Origin: an uncultured Gammaproteobacteria bacterium
GTDB lineage: Bacteria; Pseudomonadota; Gammaproteobacteria; Steroidobacterales; Steroidobacteraceae
Direction: 5' to 3'
Length of the DNA: 64,000 bases
Assembly (NCBI GenBank): GCA_963843035.1
Contig: CAWJIS010000002.1
Span: 249,243-313,242, forward strand
The position numbers were made by a program, and so were the translations under genes. Positions 1-9,516 of the stretch are shown one piece after another (the stretch's first letter is position 1; every line of letters begins with the position of its first letter). The notes beneath the pieces were generated by a model. It saw nothing but the letters and a program-made list of their open reading frames with translations, was not told the origin of the DNA and did no database searches.

Positions 1-917
1 TGCTTGGCAACTGGAGGGCTGAGCGCGACAGCTCGGCGCTGTACGCCGCGCTGGCGCAACTCGAGGGCGACCCGCGGCTCCGCGGCGTGTACCTCGAGCT
101 CTCGAGAGCCGAGCGACGGCACGCCGACTTCTGGGAGGTGCGGCTGCGCATCCTGGGACGCGCCGTCCCGGCCTTCCGCCCCTCGGCGCGCATCCGCGTT
201 CTGATCTTCCTCGCCCGGCACCTCGGCGTCGGCTTCATTGTTCCGAGCGTGATTGCGCGTGAGATGAAGGAGCGCGATGACTATGTCGGGCAGGAGGATG
301 CGCTCAGCGCGGGATTCCCCTCGGAGGAGCACGGCCACGCGGCGGCGCTGCGCGGCAGAGACCACGCGGCGCTCGGCAACAACCTGCGGGCCGCGGTGCT
401 CGGCGCCAATGATGGCCTGGCTTCCAACTTCTGCCTGATGATGGGTGTGGCCGGAGCGCAGGCGTCCACCTCGATCGTGCTGTTGACCGGAATCGCGGGA
501 CTGCTCGGCGGGGCATGCTCCATGGCGCTCGGGGAATGGCTGTCGGTTACTAACGCGCGCGAGCTCGCCCTGAGCCAGCTCGACCGGGAGATCGGGACGC
601 TCAAGCCCGATCCGGCACATGTCAGCGTGGCCTCGGCCGGGGATGCGCTCAGCGCGGCGGGCCTGTCCTTCCTGCTGTTCGCGCTGGGGGCACTGGTTCC
701 GTTGCTGCCATTCTGCGTTCTCCCGGTAGCGCTGCGAATCGCCGGCACCGTCATGCTGTCGGCGGCCGCTTTGTTCCTGCTGGGCCTGGCAACCTCGCTC
801 TTCAACGGCCGTTCCGCCTGGTACTCGGGTCTGCGGCAGACCGTGTTCGGCGCCGCCGCCGCGCTCGTCACCTGGCTCGCCGGGCGCGCGTTCAGCGCGC
901 TTGCCGGGGGCGGTTGA
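1..917 (+). CDS. VIT1/CCC1-family Fe/Mn transporter with N-terminal ferritin-like domain; 5' end lies outside the window
   Basis: Frame 3 is open from base 3 (LGNWRAERDSSALYAALAQLEGDPRLRGVYLELSRAERRHADFWE, a rubrerythrin/ferritin-like helix). It runs into ORF 87..917, which has the VIT1 signature AAVLGANDGLASNF and hydrophobic C-terminal helices. Confidence 0.8.
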   Translation, partial: LGNWRAERDSSALYAALAQLEGDPRLRGVYLELSRAERRHADFWEVRLRILGRAVPAFRPSARIRVLIFLARHLGVGFIVPSVIAREMKERDDYVGQEDALSAGFPSEEHGHAAALRGRDHAALGNNLRAAVLGANDGLASNFCLMMGVAGAQASTSIVLLTGIAGLLGGACSMALGEWLSVTNARELALSQLDREIGTLKPDPAHVSVASAGDALSAAGLSFLLFALGALVPLLPFCVLPVALRIAGTVMLSAAALFLLGLATSLFNGRSAWYSGLRQTVFGAAAALVTWLAGRAFSALAGGG

Positions 918-1023
918 GTGCGCGACAGACCACGATCGCGCTAAGCACATCCCCGTATACCGCGGCCATCAGGGCAAGCGCGAGCATATTGGGCGACTTG
1001 CGTCGGGCAGCTCGAGGAGTGCA

Positions 1024-1893
1024 ATGATCAAGACCATCCTGGTACCGGCGAGCGGATCGTCCACGGACCGGAGCGTGTTCGCGACCGCGCTTGCGCTTGC
1101 ACGTCCGCTGGCGGCGCATATCGAGTTCCTGCACGTGCACCTCACTCCGGGAGTGGCGGCGCTGCACGCCCCGCACGTCGACCTTCTGCGGGGTGCGGCT
1201 GTCAGCCGCGCGCTGGCGGAACTGGGCCGCGAGGAGGATGAGCTTTCGGCGCACGCGCTCGCGCATTTCAAGGAATTCTGCCAGGAGCACCGCGTGCTCA
1301 TTCGTGATACGCCGAAGGCGGTGGAGCTGGTCAGCGCCCGCTACTCGGAGCAGATCGACCAGCCCCTGGCACGGCTGCTGATGCAGACGCGTCACAGCGA
1401 TCTGGTGGTGCTCGGGCGGCATCGCAGCCGCGACTATCTCCGCGGTGGCCTGATCGAAGAACTGCTGGCGCGCGGCGGTCGCCCGGTGGTCATCGCCAGC
1501 GACAGGCCTCCGCAAAACGTCGCCGGCACCATCGTCGTCGGTTGGAAGGAGACCGCCGAGGCGGCGCGGGCGGTGGCGGCAGCGATGCCGCTGCTCAAGC
1601 AGGCGCGCAGGGTGGTGCTGCTCGCGGTGAAAGAGGGGGGCGGCGCTTCGCGCGAGCAGCTCGAGCACCTCGGCCAACAGCTCGCCTGGCACGGCATAGA
1701 TGCCGAGGTGAGCATGACCGGCGATGCCTCGCGGCCTGCGGCGCAGCAGCTCCTGCTGCGCGCCTCGCAGCTGTACGCCGACCTGCTGGTCGTCGGTGCC
1801 TTCGGGCATGGGGCGCTGCGCGAGCGGATATTCGGCGGCGTCACCCGCACGCTCCTCGAGCACGCCGACGTGCCGGTATTCATGTTGCAGTGA
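1024..1893 (+). CDS. Universal stress protein, tandem Usp domains
   Basis: ORF 901..1893, start moved to ATG 1024 (MIKTILVPASGS...). Two Usp-like alpha/beta repeats; C-terminal ATP-loop-like VVGAFGHGALRERIFGGVTRTLLEHADVPVFM. Confidence 0.8.
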   Translation: MIKTILVPASGSSTDRSVFATALALARPLAAHIEFLHVHLTPGVAALHAPHVDLLRGAAVSRALAELGREEDELSAHALAHFKEFCQEHRVLIRDTPKAVELVSARYSEQIDQPLARLLMQTRHSDLVVLGRHRSRDYLRGGLIEELLARGGRPVVIASDRPPQNVAGTIVVGWKETAEAARAVAAAMPLLKQARRVVLLAVKEGGGASREQLEHLGQQLAWHGIDAEVSMTGDASRPAAQQLLLRASQLYADLLVVGAFGHGALRERIFGGVTRTLLEHADVPVFMLQ

Positions 1894-1973
1894 CACGGCT
1901 GCCCGCGCGCCTGATCGATTGCTGACTTTGCGGGCCGGGGCCGCGAGGTTAAGCTTGGCTCAGCGAGGGAGAG

Positions 1974-2183
1974 GTGCGCTCCAGAAAATACACATCCGCG
2001 GCAGCGCCCGCGCCGTGGCGCGGCATCTTGAGGCGCCACCTGACGGTGCTGCTGGCAGTCAAGCTCGCAGCGCTCGCGCTGCTGTGGGCGCTGTTCTTCT
2101 CGCCCGCGCACCGCACCGCCGTCGACGGCCAGGCCGCCGGGCGGCATCTGGCGGTGGCTGCGAAGGAAGGCACCCATGATTGA
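1974..2183 (+). CDS. Small single-TM protein encoded immediately upstream of cydA and overlapping it; function unknown
   Basis: 69-aa ORF with a basic N-terminus and one hydrophobic helix (LTVLLAVKLAALALLWALFF). Its stop overlaps the cydA start by 8 nt (2176..2183), and it is on the same strand. Confidence 0.45.
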   Translation: MRSRKYTSAAAPAPWRGILRRHLTVLLAVKLAALALLWALFFSPAHRTAVDGQAAGRHLAVAAKEGTHD

Positions 2184-3732
2184 CCTCTCGGTCGTGGCTC
2201 TGTCGCGCCTGCAGTTCGCGCTCACGGCCCTGTATCACTTCCTGTTCGTGCCATTGACGCTCGGCCTGTCCATGCTCCTGGTGATCATGGAGGCGGTGTA
2301 CGTCATGACGGGGCGCGAGATCTGGAAGCGCATGACGCAGTTCTGGGGGATGCTGTTCGGTATCAACTTCGCCATGGGAGTGGCCACCGGCATCACCATG
2401 GAGTTCCAGTTCGGAACCAACTGGGCCTATTACTCGCACTACGTGGGCGACATCTTCGGCGCGCCGCTGGCGCTCGAAGGGCTGATGGCGTTCTTCCTCG
2501 AGTCCACTTTCGTCGGCCTGTTCTTCTTCGGCTGGGAGCGTCTCTCGAAGGTGGGACATCTCCTCGTCACCGCCTTGGTGGCATTCGGCTCGAGCCTCTC
2601 GGCGCTGTGGATCCTGATCGCCAACGCCTGGATGCAGCATCCGGTAGGGGCGCAGTTCAACGAGCAGACCATGCGCATGGAGCTCAGCTCCTTCTCCCAG
2701 GTGCTGCTCAATCCGGTGGCGCAGGCGAAATTCGTCCACACGGTCGCGGCGGGCTACGTGGTGGGGTCGGTGTTCGTGCTCGCGGTGAGCGCCTGGTATC
2801 TGCTGCGCGGGCGGAACGTCGAGGTCGCCCGGCGCTCGCTGGCGGTGGCCGCCAGCTTCGGGCTCGCCTGCTCGCTGTCCGTGGTCGTGCTCGGCGATGA
2901 GTCCGGATATCTGGCGAGCGAGAACCAGAAGATGAAGATCGCGGCCATCGAAGCGGAGTGGCACACCGAGCCGCCGCCCGCGGGCTTCACGGTGTTCGGC
3001 ATCCCGGACGATGTCGCGCATACCACGCATGGCGAGCTCAAGGTGCCGTGGGTGCTCGGTCTCATCGCGACGCGCTCGGCCGACGAGCCCGTGCTCGGCA
3101 TCTTCGATCTGGTCGCCCGCGCCCGCACCCGCATCGCGAGTGGTATCGAGGCGCACGCGGCACTGACAGTCCTGCGCGCCCACCCGCAGGACGCCGCCGC
3201 GCGTGCGCTGTTCGAGGAGCATCGCGCCGACCTCGGCTACGGGCTGCTGCTCCTGCGCTACGTCGACGACCCGGCGCGCGCCACACCCGGACAGATCGAG
3301 GAGGCGGCCTGGTCGACCGTGCCCAACGTCGCGGTGCTTTTCTGGTGCTTCCGCCTCATGGTGGGCATCGGCCTGCTGCTGCTGTTGTTGTTCGCGACCG
3401 CCTTCTACCTCTCGGCGCGCCATCGCTTCGAGCGGCATCGCTGGTTCCTGCGAGCCGCGTTCCTGTGTCTGCCGCTGCCGTGGATCGCCGCCGAGCTCGG
3501 TTGGATCGTGGCCGAGTACGGCCGGCAGCCCTGGGCGATCGACGGGGTGCTGCCCACCTTCCTCGGAGCATCGCCGGTCCCGGCGGGCAATATCGCGCTG
3601 TCGCTCTGCGGCTTCGTGATCTTCTATTCGGCGCTGGCGGCCGTGGACGTGTACCTGCTCACCCGGATGATTCGTCGTGGCCCGGACGGGCTGGGGTATT
3701 GGCCGGAGGGGGACGCGCGTGCCCGATTATGA
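2176..3732 (+). CDS. cydA: Cytochrome bd ubiquinol oxidase subunit I
   Basis: 518 aa. Typical CydA N-terminus ([23 protein letters not shown]), GRQPW motif near the C-terminus ([14 protein letters not shown]), followed by cydB. Confidence 0.95.
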   Translation: MIDLSVVALSRLQFALTALYHFLFVPLTLGLSMLLVIMEAVYVMTGREIWKRMTQFWGMLFGINFAMGVATGITMEFQFGTNWAYYSHYVGDIFGAPLALEGLMAFFLESTFVGLFFFGWERLSKVGHLLVTALVAFGSSLSALWILIANAWMQHPVGAQFNEQTMRMELSSFSQVLLNPVAQAKFVHTVAAGYVVGSVFVLAVSAWYLLRGRNVEVARRSLAVAASFGLACSLSVVVLGDESGYLASENQKMKIAAIEAEWHTEPPPAGFTVFGIPDDVAHTTHGELKVPWVLGLIATRSADEPVLGIFDLVARARTRIASGIEAHAALTVLRAHPQDAAARALFEEHRADLGYGLLLLRYVDDPARATPGQIEEAAWSTVPNVAVLFWCFRLMVGIGLLLLLLFATAFYLSARHRFERHRWFLRAAFLCLPLPWIAAELGWIVAEYGRQPWAIDGVLPTFLGASPVPAGNIALSLCGFVIFYSALAAVDVYLLTRMIRRGPDGLGYWPEGDARARL

Positions 3733-4855
3733 GACGCTGCGGCTGATCTGGTGGCTGATTCTGGGGGCACTGCTCATCGGCTTTGCGCTCATGGATGGCT
3801 TCGACCTAGGGGTGGGGGCGACGTTCCGCTTCGTCGGCCGCACCGACGAGGAGCGCCGTGCACTGCTCGAGTCCATCGAGCCGGTGTGGGACGGCAACCA
3901 GGTGTGGTTCATTCTCGCCGGTGGTGCGGTATTCGCGGCCTGGCCACTGCTGTACGCCGCTTTCTTCTCGGGCCTCTATCTGGCGATGTTCGTGCTGCTG
4001 GTCGCGCTGATCCTCAGGCCGGTGGGCTTCATCTTCCGGAACAAGATCCACGACCCTCGCTGGCGAAATGGCTGGGACTGGGCCCTGACAATCGGCGGCG
4101 CAGTCCCCTCCCTGCTGTTCGGCGTGGCCTTCGGCAATCTCTTTCTCGGCCTGCCGTTCCAATTCGACGCGCTGCAGCGCCCGGTGTTCACCGGCGGCTT
4201 CCTCGGCTTGCTGCACCCGTTCGCATTGCTGGTCGGGCTGGTGAGCCTCGCGATGCTGATCATGCACGGCTCGGCGTATGCGGCGCTCAAAGTAGGCGAG
4301 CCGATGTCGCGGCGCGCCGCCGCGGTCGGCGGCTGGGCGGCGGTGGTGTTCGTCGCCGGCTTCCTCATCGCCGGCACCTGGGTGGCGAACGCAATCGACG
4401 GGCACAGGATCTCATCGGTGGTCGACACTCTGGGACCGGCGAATCCGCTGGCCAAGCACGTGACGGTCGCAGCGGGTGGCTGGCTCGGCAACTTCCGCGC
4501 GCACGGCGTGCTGTGGCTCGCGCCCGCGGCGGCCGTGATCGCGGCGGCGCTCGCCGGCTCGCTCCTGCGCGCCGGGCGGGCGGGTCTCGCCCTGGTGTCG
4601 AGCGGCGCTGCTGTCGCGGGTACGATCCTGACCGCGGGAATTGCGCTGTTCCCCTTCCTCATGCCCTCGTCCACGCATCCCGATCAAGGCCTCACCGTGT
4701 GGGATGCCTCGAGCAGCGCACGCACCCTCGGCATCATGCTGATTGCCGTGCTGGTGTTCCTGCCCATCGTGCTCGCTTACACTGCCTGGGTATTTCGTGT
4801 GCTCAGGGGCCGGATCACGCTCGAGTCGGTCCGGCAGCACACGGGCCTCTACTGA
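3719..4855 (+). CDS. cydB: Cytochrome bd ubiquinol oxidase subunit II
   Basis: ORF 3677..4855. In-frame GTG at 3719 gives the CydB-type N-terminus (V)[32 protein letters not shown] and overlaps the cydA stop by 14 nt. Confidence 0.9.
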   Translation: MPDYETLRLIWWLILGALLIGFALMDGFDLGVGATFRFVGRTDEERRALLESIEPVWDGNQVWFILAGGAVFAAWPLLYAAFFSGLYLAMFVLLVALILRPVGFIFRNKIHDPRWRNGWDWALTIGGAVPSLLFGVAFGNLFLGLPFQFDALQRPVFTGGFLGLLHPFALLVGLVSLAMLIMHGSAYAALKVGEPMSRRAAAVGGWAAVVFVAGFLIAGTWVANAIDGHRISSVVDTLGPANPLAKHVTVAAGGWLGNFRAHGVLWLAPAAAVIAAALAGSLLRAGRAGLALVSSGAAVAGTILTAGIALFPFLMPSSTHPDQGLTVWDASSSARTLGIMLIAVLVFLPIVLAYTAWVFRVLRGRITLESVRQHTGLY

Positions 4856-4881
4856 GAGGCAAGGGAACGCGGAGCGCGACC

Positions 4882-5016
4882 ATGTGGTATTTCAGCTGGA
4901 TCCTCGGGCTCGGTCTTGCGCTCACGTTCGGCGTGCTCAACGCCATCTGGTATGAGGTGACGCAGGCGCCGCCGTCACGGTCGCCACCGCCCTCGCGGCC
5001 CGACTCCCGGACCTGA
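4882..5016 (+). CDS. cydX: CydX/CbdX small subunit of cytochrome bd oxidase
   Basis: ATG at 4882 in the frame of shadow ORF 3751..5016. MWYFSWILGLGLALTFGVLNAIWYE is the classic CydX helix. 44 aa with a Pro/Ser-rich tail; 26 nt downstream of cydB. Confidence 0.8.
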   Translation: MWYFSWILGLGLALTFGVLNAIWYEVTQAPPSRSPPPSRPDSRT

Positions 5017-5051
5017 CCCGATCGTCCGGTACCCGGGGAGCCCCGCGCCCT

Positions 5052-5840
5052 TTGACCGCGCGCAGCGAGCATCCGAGCGACTCCGCCGCGGCGGTGGCGC
5101 TGCGCGTGCGCGAGCTGCGCAAGAGCTACGGCGAGGTGCTGGCCGTCGACGGCGTGTCGTTCGAGGTCGCCCCCGGTGAGATCCTCGGCCTCTTGGGTCC
5201 CAACGGCGCCGGCAAGACCACCATCATCAACACCGTTCTCGCCGTGCTGACGCCGAGCTCCGGCGCCATTCGCATCGGTGGTGTCGATGTCTCCCGGCAA
5301 CGCTCGCTCGCTCTGGCTCGTACCAACTTTGCCGCCGTGTACGCCAGCCTCCCCGGCAATCTCACCGTGGCGCAGAACCTGCGCTTCTTCGCTCTCATCT
5401 ACCGCGTCCGGTCCGCACGCCACCGGGTCGAGGAGCTGCTCAGGCAATTCCAGCTCGAGGCGCTGCGCGACACCAAGTGCGGCGTGCTGTCCTCGGGGGA
5501 GCTGACGCGGGTGGCACTGGCGAAGGCCTTGCTCAACCGCCCGCGACTGCTGCTGCTCGACGAGCCGACCGCGTCGCTCGATCCTGCGGCGGCGCGTGAC
5601 ATACGCACCTCCATCCGTGCGTTTGCGCGCGATACCGACTGCGGCGTCCTCTGGACCTCGCACAACATGTACGAAGTCGAGGAAGTCTGCGACCGGGTGC
5701 TGTTCCTGTCGCATGGGCGGATCCTCCTCGCCGGCGACCCGCGCGCGCTCCCGCACGAGCACGGTGCGCGCAATCTCGAGGAGCTGTTCATCCAGCTGGC
5801 GCGCGAGCCGCTTGCCGCTCCGGCGGAGCGGCTCGCATGA
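5052..5840 (+). CDS. ABC transporter ATP-binding protein (ABC-2 type exporter)
   Basis: Walker A GPNGAGKTT, signature LSSGELTR, Walker B LLLLDEPT. The stop overlaps the next gene's start (ATGA). Confidence 0.9.
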   Translation: MTARSEHPSDSAAAVALRVRELRKSYGEVLAVDGVSFEVAPGEILGLLGPNGAGKTTIINTVLAVLTPSSGAIRIGGVDVSRQRSLALARTNFAAVYASLPGNLTVAQNLRFFALIYRVRSARHRVEELLRQFQLEALRDTKCGVLSSGELTRVALAKALLNRPRLLLLDEPTASLDPAAARDIRTSIRAFARDTDCGVLWTSHNMYEVEEVCDRVLFLSHGRILLAGDPRALPHEHGARNLEELFIQLAREPLAAPAERLA

Positions 5841-6640
5841 GGGTTGAGCCGGTCGCGGCCATACTGCTGCGCCAGTGGTATCTGCTGCGCGGCAGCCCGG
5901 TGCGTGCCTTGCCGATGTTCGCGTGGGTGGGGATCGACATCGTTCTGTGGGGGTTCATCTCCCGCTTCCTCAACAGCGTGAGCGCCGCGGGAATCAATTT
6001 CACCGCCGTGTTCCTCGGTGCGGTGCTGCTGTGGGACCTGTGCGGGCGTGTGATGCAGGGATTGACCACCGCCTTCCTCGAGGACGTGTGGTCGCGCAAC
6101 TTTCTCAACCTGTTCGCGAGCCCGCTCAGGATCTCGGAGTATGTCACCGGGCTCGTGATCGCCAGCATCGCGACCAGCATGATCGGACTCGCGGTCATGC
6201 TGGCGCTTGCCGTACCGGTCTTCGGCCTGTCGTTCCTGGCGCTCGGCCTGCACCTGCTGCTGTTCCTGCTGGTGCTGTACGGATTCGGGGTGGCGCTCGG
6301 GATCCTGGCGAGCGCGACGGTCTTGAGGTTCGGCCCGGCATCGGAGTGGCTGGTGTGGCCGATACCCGCGCTGCTGTCGCCGTTCTGCGCGGTCTTTTAC
6401 CCGCTGACGATTCTGCCGGCGTGGATGCGCGGCGTCGCTTACGCCCTGCCGCCGTCCTACGTGTTCGAAGGAATGCGCGCGGTGCTCCAGGGCCGGCCAT
6501 TCGCGCTGCTCCCGGCGCTGTGCGCGCTGACGCTGGCGGCGCTCGAGATCGCCCTCGCCGGCTATTACTTCGTGCGCGTGTACCGCCGGGCGGTGCGCAC
6601 CGGGCTGCTGGCACGCTACAGTGCCGAAACGGTGAGCTGA
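5837..6640 (+). CDS. ABC-2 family transporter permease
   Basis: 267-aa polytopic membrane protein, translationally coupled to the ATPase; ABC-2 type layout. Confidence 0.8.
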   Translation: MRVEPVAAILLRQWYLLRGSPVRALPMFAWVGIDIVLWGFISRFLNSVSAAGINFTAVFLGAVLLWDLCGRVMQGLTTAFLEDVWSRNFLNLFASPLRISEYVTGLVIASIATSMIGLAVMLALAVPVFGLSFLALGLHLLLFLLVLYGFGVALGILASATVLRFGPASEWLVWPIPALLSPFCAVFYPLTILPAWMRGVAYALPPSYVFEGMRAVLQGRPFALLPALCALTLAALEIALAGYYFVRVYRRAVRTGLLARYSAETVS

Positions 6641-6744
6641 CGCGCCGCGCCGCGCGCCTATGCACAAGTACTGATTTCCGACCCGGGACATTCCGGCAAA
6701 GTGCAGCGCATGCGAAGCGAGCGGCTCGTGTGGGTGGAGGCTCC

Positions 6745-7200
6745 ATGATCGTCAGCGAAATCTGCCGGCGTAACCCCGTGACGATTCGCGCGCACCAGGA
6801 GTTGGACGACGCCGCCAAACTGATGCGCGAGCGGCATATCGGCTACCTGATCGTTGTGGAGCCGTACGCGCCCCACGCAGCTCCACGGCCTGTCGGGGTG
6901 CTCACCGACCGCGATATCGTGGTCGGCGTACTCGCCAAGGGCACGGATCCGCGCCTCGTCAAGGTCGGCGACGTGATGACTCGCGAGCCAGTGGTCGTTT
7001 CCGAGGACGCAGCTCTCAACTCGGCTCTGGCCGAGATGCGCCGGATCGGCGTGCGCCGCATTCCGGTCGTCGACGCAGTCGGGCAGCTCGTAGGCGTCCT
7101 GTCGCTCGATGAAGTGCTGGATGCGCTCGCGCAGGAGCTCCTCGGCGTGATCGGCTCGATCCGCACCGAGGTACGGACCGAAGCGATCCGGCGGCCCTGA
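6745..7200 (+). CDS. CBS-domain pair protein
   Basis: ATG 6745 within ORF 5875..7200. MIVSEICRRNPVTIRAHQELDDAAKLMRERHIGYLIVV ... MRRIGVRRIPVVD are two CBS repeats. Confidence 0.8.
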   Translation: MIVSEICRRNPVTIRAHQELDDAAKLMRERHIGYLIVVEPYAPHAAPRPVGVLTDRDIVVGVLAKGTDPRLVKVGDVMTREPVVVSEDAALNSALAEMRRIGVRRIPVVDAVGQLVGVLSLDEVLDALAQELLGVIGSIRTEVRTEAIRRP

Positions 7201-7267
7201 AGCGAAGTTTGCGGCCGTCGCGCGCAGCGGTTGGCGCTGTCGCTGCCAGGGCTGAAGCACAGTCACC

Positions 7268-8959
7268 ATGCTGGATGAGTTCCTGCAGGAAGCGCGGGTC
7301 GCCTACTTCTCCATGGAGATCGCGCTGCGCAGCGAGATCCCCAGCTATGCGGGCGGCCTCGGCGTGCTCGCGGGCGACACGCTGCGCTCGGCGGCCGATC
7401 TGTCGGTGCCGATGGTCGCGGTCACGCTCGTCAGCCGCGCCGGCTATTTTCGCCAGGAGCTCGATGCCGAGGGCCGGCAGATCGAGCATCCCGCCCTGTG
7501 GGATCCGGCCCGCTGGGCGGCGCCGCTCGACGCCAAAGTGGCCGTGTGGATCGAGGACCGGGCGGTGTGGGTGGGCGCATGGCTGTACGTGGTGGAGAGC
7601 GACCTCGGGGGGCGCGCACCCGTCATTCTGCTCGATACGGATTTCGCCGAAAACGCGCCGGCGGATCGCGAGATCACCCATTATCTCTATGGGGGCGACG
7701 ATCGCTACCGGCTTATGCAGGAGATGGTTCTCGGGCTCGGTGGCGTGCGCGTGCTGCGGGCCCTCGGATTCGAGATCAGCGCCTACCATATGAATGAAGG
7801 GCATTCAGCGCTCCTCGGACTGGAGCTGCTGCGCCGTTTCACCTACCCGATGAGCCAGCTGCGCTCCGGCGAATCGCCCTACGACGTGCCGCGCGTCCGC
7901 CAGCTCTGCCGCTTCACTACTCACACGCCGGTCGAGGCGGGACACGACCGCTTCTCCTACGAGCTGGTACAGCGGCTGTTCCGCAGCGGCGAGCTCGCGG
8001 GCTCGAGCGCCATCCGGCTCGATCTCGCGGAATTGCAGCAGCTCGCGGGTCGCGACCAGCTCAACATGACGCAACTGGCGCTGTCGCTGAGCGACTTCGT
8101 GAACGGGGTCGCCAAGCGGCACGCCGAGGTCTCGGCGCGTATGTATCCCGGCTACCAGGTGCGGGCGATCACCAATGGGGTGCATCCCTACACCTGGACG
8201 GCCCCGAGCTTTCGCGCGCTCTACGACCACCACGTGGCCGGCTGGTGCCACGAGCCCGAGCTGCTGGTGCGGGCCGAGCGCATCCCGGATGCCGAAATCC
8301 GCGCCGCGCACCTCAAGGCCAAGCAGGCGCTGATCGAGTGCGTGCGGCAGCTCACCGGCGCCGCATTGAGTGCGGACGCGCCGATCGTCGGGTTTGCGCG
8401 CCGCATGACGGCATACAAGCGGCCGGAGCTGCTGTTCGCGGATCTCGGGCGGCTCGAGGCGATCGCGCGCCAACGGCCCCTCCAGATCGTGCTTGCCGGC
8501 AAGGCGCACCCGCACGATGAGGAAGGCAAGCGCCTGATCGCGCTGCTGCACCAGCAGATGCGATCGCTCGCGGGCAAGATTCCGTGCGCTTATCTGCCCG
8601 ACTACGATCTTGCGCTGGCGCAGCTGCTGGTCTCGGGAAGCGACATCTGGCTCAACACGCCGCTGCCGCCCTTCGAGGCCTCGGGCACCAGCGGGATGAA
8701 GGCGGCATTCAACGGCGTTCCCAGCCTCTCGTCGCTTGACGGCTGGTGGATCGAAGGCTGTATCGAGAATGTCACCGGCTGGTCGATCGACGGGGCGGGC
8801 ACACTCTACGAGAGGCTGGAACACACCGTGCTACCGCTCTTTTACTCCGAGCCCTCCGGCTGGGCACGGCTGATGAAGGGAGCCATCACCACGAATGCCG
8901 CCTACTTCAACAGCCATCGGATGATGCGCCGCTACGCGACCGAGGCATACCTGCACTGA
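7268..8959 (+). CDS. glgP: Alpha-glucan (glycogen/maltodextrin) phosphorylase, short GT35 form
   Basis: 563 aa. AYFSMEIAL...YAGGLGVLAGD N-terminus and the PLP-lysine region EASGTSGMKAAFNGV. Confidence 0.85.
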   Translation: MLDEFLQEARVAYFSMEIALRSEIPSYAGGLGVLAGDTLRSAADLSVPMVAVTLVSRAGYFRQELDAEGRQIEHPALWDPARWAAPLDAKVAVWIEDRAVWVGAWLYVVESDLGGRAPVILLDTDFAENAPADREITHYLYGGDDRYRLMQEMVLGLGGVRVLRALGFEISAYHMNEGHSALLGLELLRRFTYPMSQLRSGESPYDVPRVRQLCRFTTHTPVEAGHDRFSYELVQRLFRSGELAGSSAIRLDLAELQQLAGRDQLNMTQLALSLSDFVNGVAKRHAEVSARMYPGYQVRAITNGVHPYTWTAPSFRALYDHHVAGWCHEPELLVRAERIPDAEIRAAHLKAKQALIECVRQLTGAALSADAPIVGFARRMTAYKRPELLFADLGRLEAIARQRPLQIVLAGKAHPHDEEGKRLIALLHQQMRSLAGKIPCAYLPDYDLALAQLLVSGSDIWLNTPLPPFEASGTSGMKAAFNGVPSLSSLDGWWIEGCIENVTGWSIDGAGTLYERLEHTVLPLFYSEPSGWARLMKGAITTNAAYFNSHRMMRRYATEAYLH

Positions 8960-9040
8960 CGCATACGCGAAGATGCGTAGTGACGGAGCGCCGCAGGAAT
9001 CGCTACCATTTCCCCTGATTTAGCGTTCTTTGAAGCCGCG

Positions 9041-9481
9041 ATGAGCACTGCGAACCCCAAGGCGGAGGCGGGCACACAGCAGGCGTTCGTGGTGCTGCAC
9101 GTCGAGGACGATGAGGAGCTGGCCGCGAGCGTCGCCCGGCTGCTGCGTGCCGAGGGGTTCGAAGCACTGACCGCAACCGACGGCGCGAGCGCGCTCGAAC
9201 GGATCGAGCACGGCCACTGGGAGCCTGACGTGCTAATCATGGACGTCAATCTGCCCGGCGAGATGGATGGCGCCGATGTCGCGCAGGAGATCTGTCATGC
9301 GCTCGGGCACGTGGTGCCGACGATCTTCCTCAGCGGTGAGCTGTCGAACGTGGGCTTGCCCTGGCTGCCGGGTGCGCCGCTGCTTTTCGTGGCGAAGCCG
9401 CTCGACGCCGATGTACTGGTGAAGGTCGTCGAATCGTTCGCCGGACTCGGGCGCTTCATGCGCGCGCACGTGCACCACTGA
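9041..9481 (+). CDS. Stand-alone response-regulator receiver domain protein
   Basis: VVLHVEDDEELA...PDVLIMDVNLPGEMDG...VAKP: acidic pocket, phospho-acceptor Asp and conserved Lys of a CheY-like fold. No output domain. Confidence 0.8.
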   Translation: MSTANPKAEAGTQQAFVVLHVEDDEELAASVARLLRAEGFEALTATDGASALERIEHGHWEPDVLIMDVNLPGEMDGADVAQEICHALGHVVPTIFLSGELSNVGLPWLPGAPLLFVAKPLDADVLVKVVESFAGLGRFMRAHVHH

Positions 9482-9516
9482 GCGGTTCCCGGTCGGCTGC
9501 AGCCGCAGGTCCGGGA

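Noticed and set aside
1894-1973. FNR/ANR box upstream of the cyd operon (CTGATCGATTGCTGA).
   Set aside because: It does not match the TTGAT-N4-ATCAA dyad; only one partial half-site is present.
8961-8982. ACGCAT-N8-ATGCGT hairpin after the glucan phosphorylase gene.
   Set aside because: Short stem and no following T-run; not distinguishable from chance.
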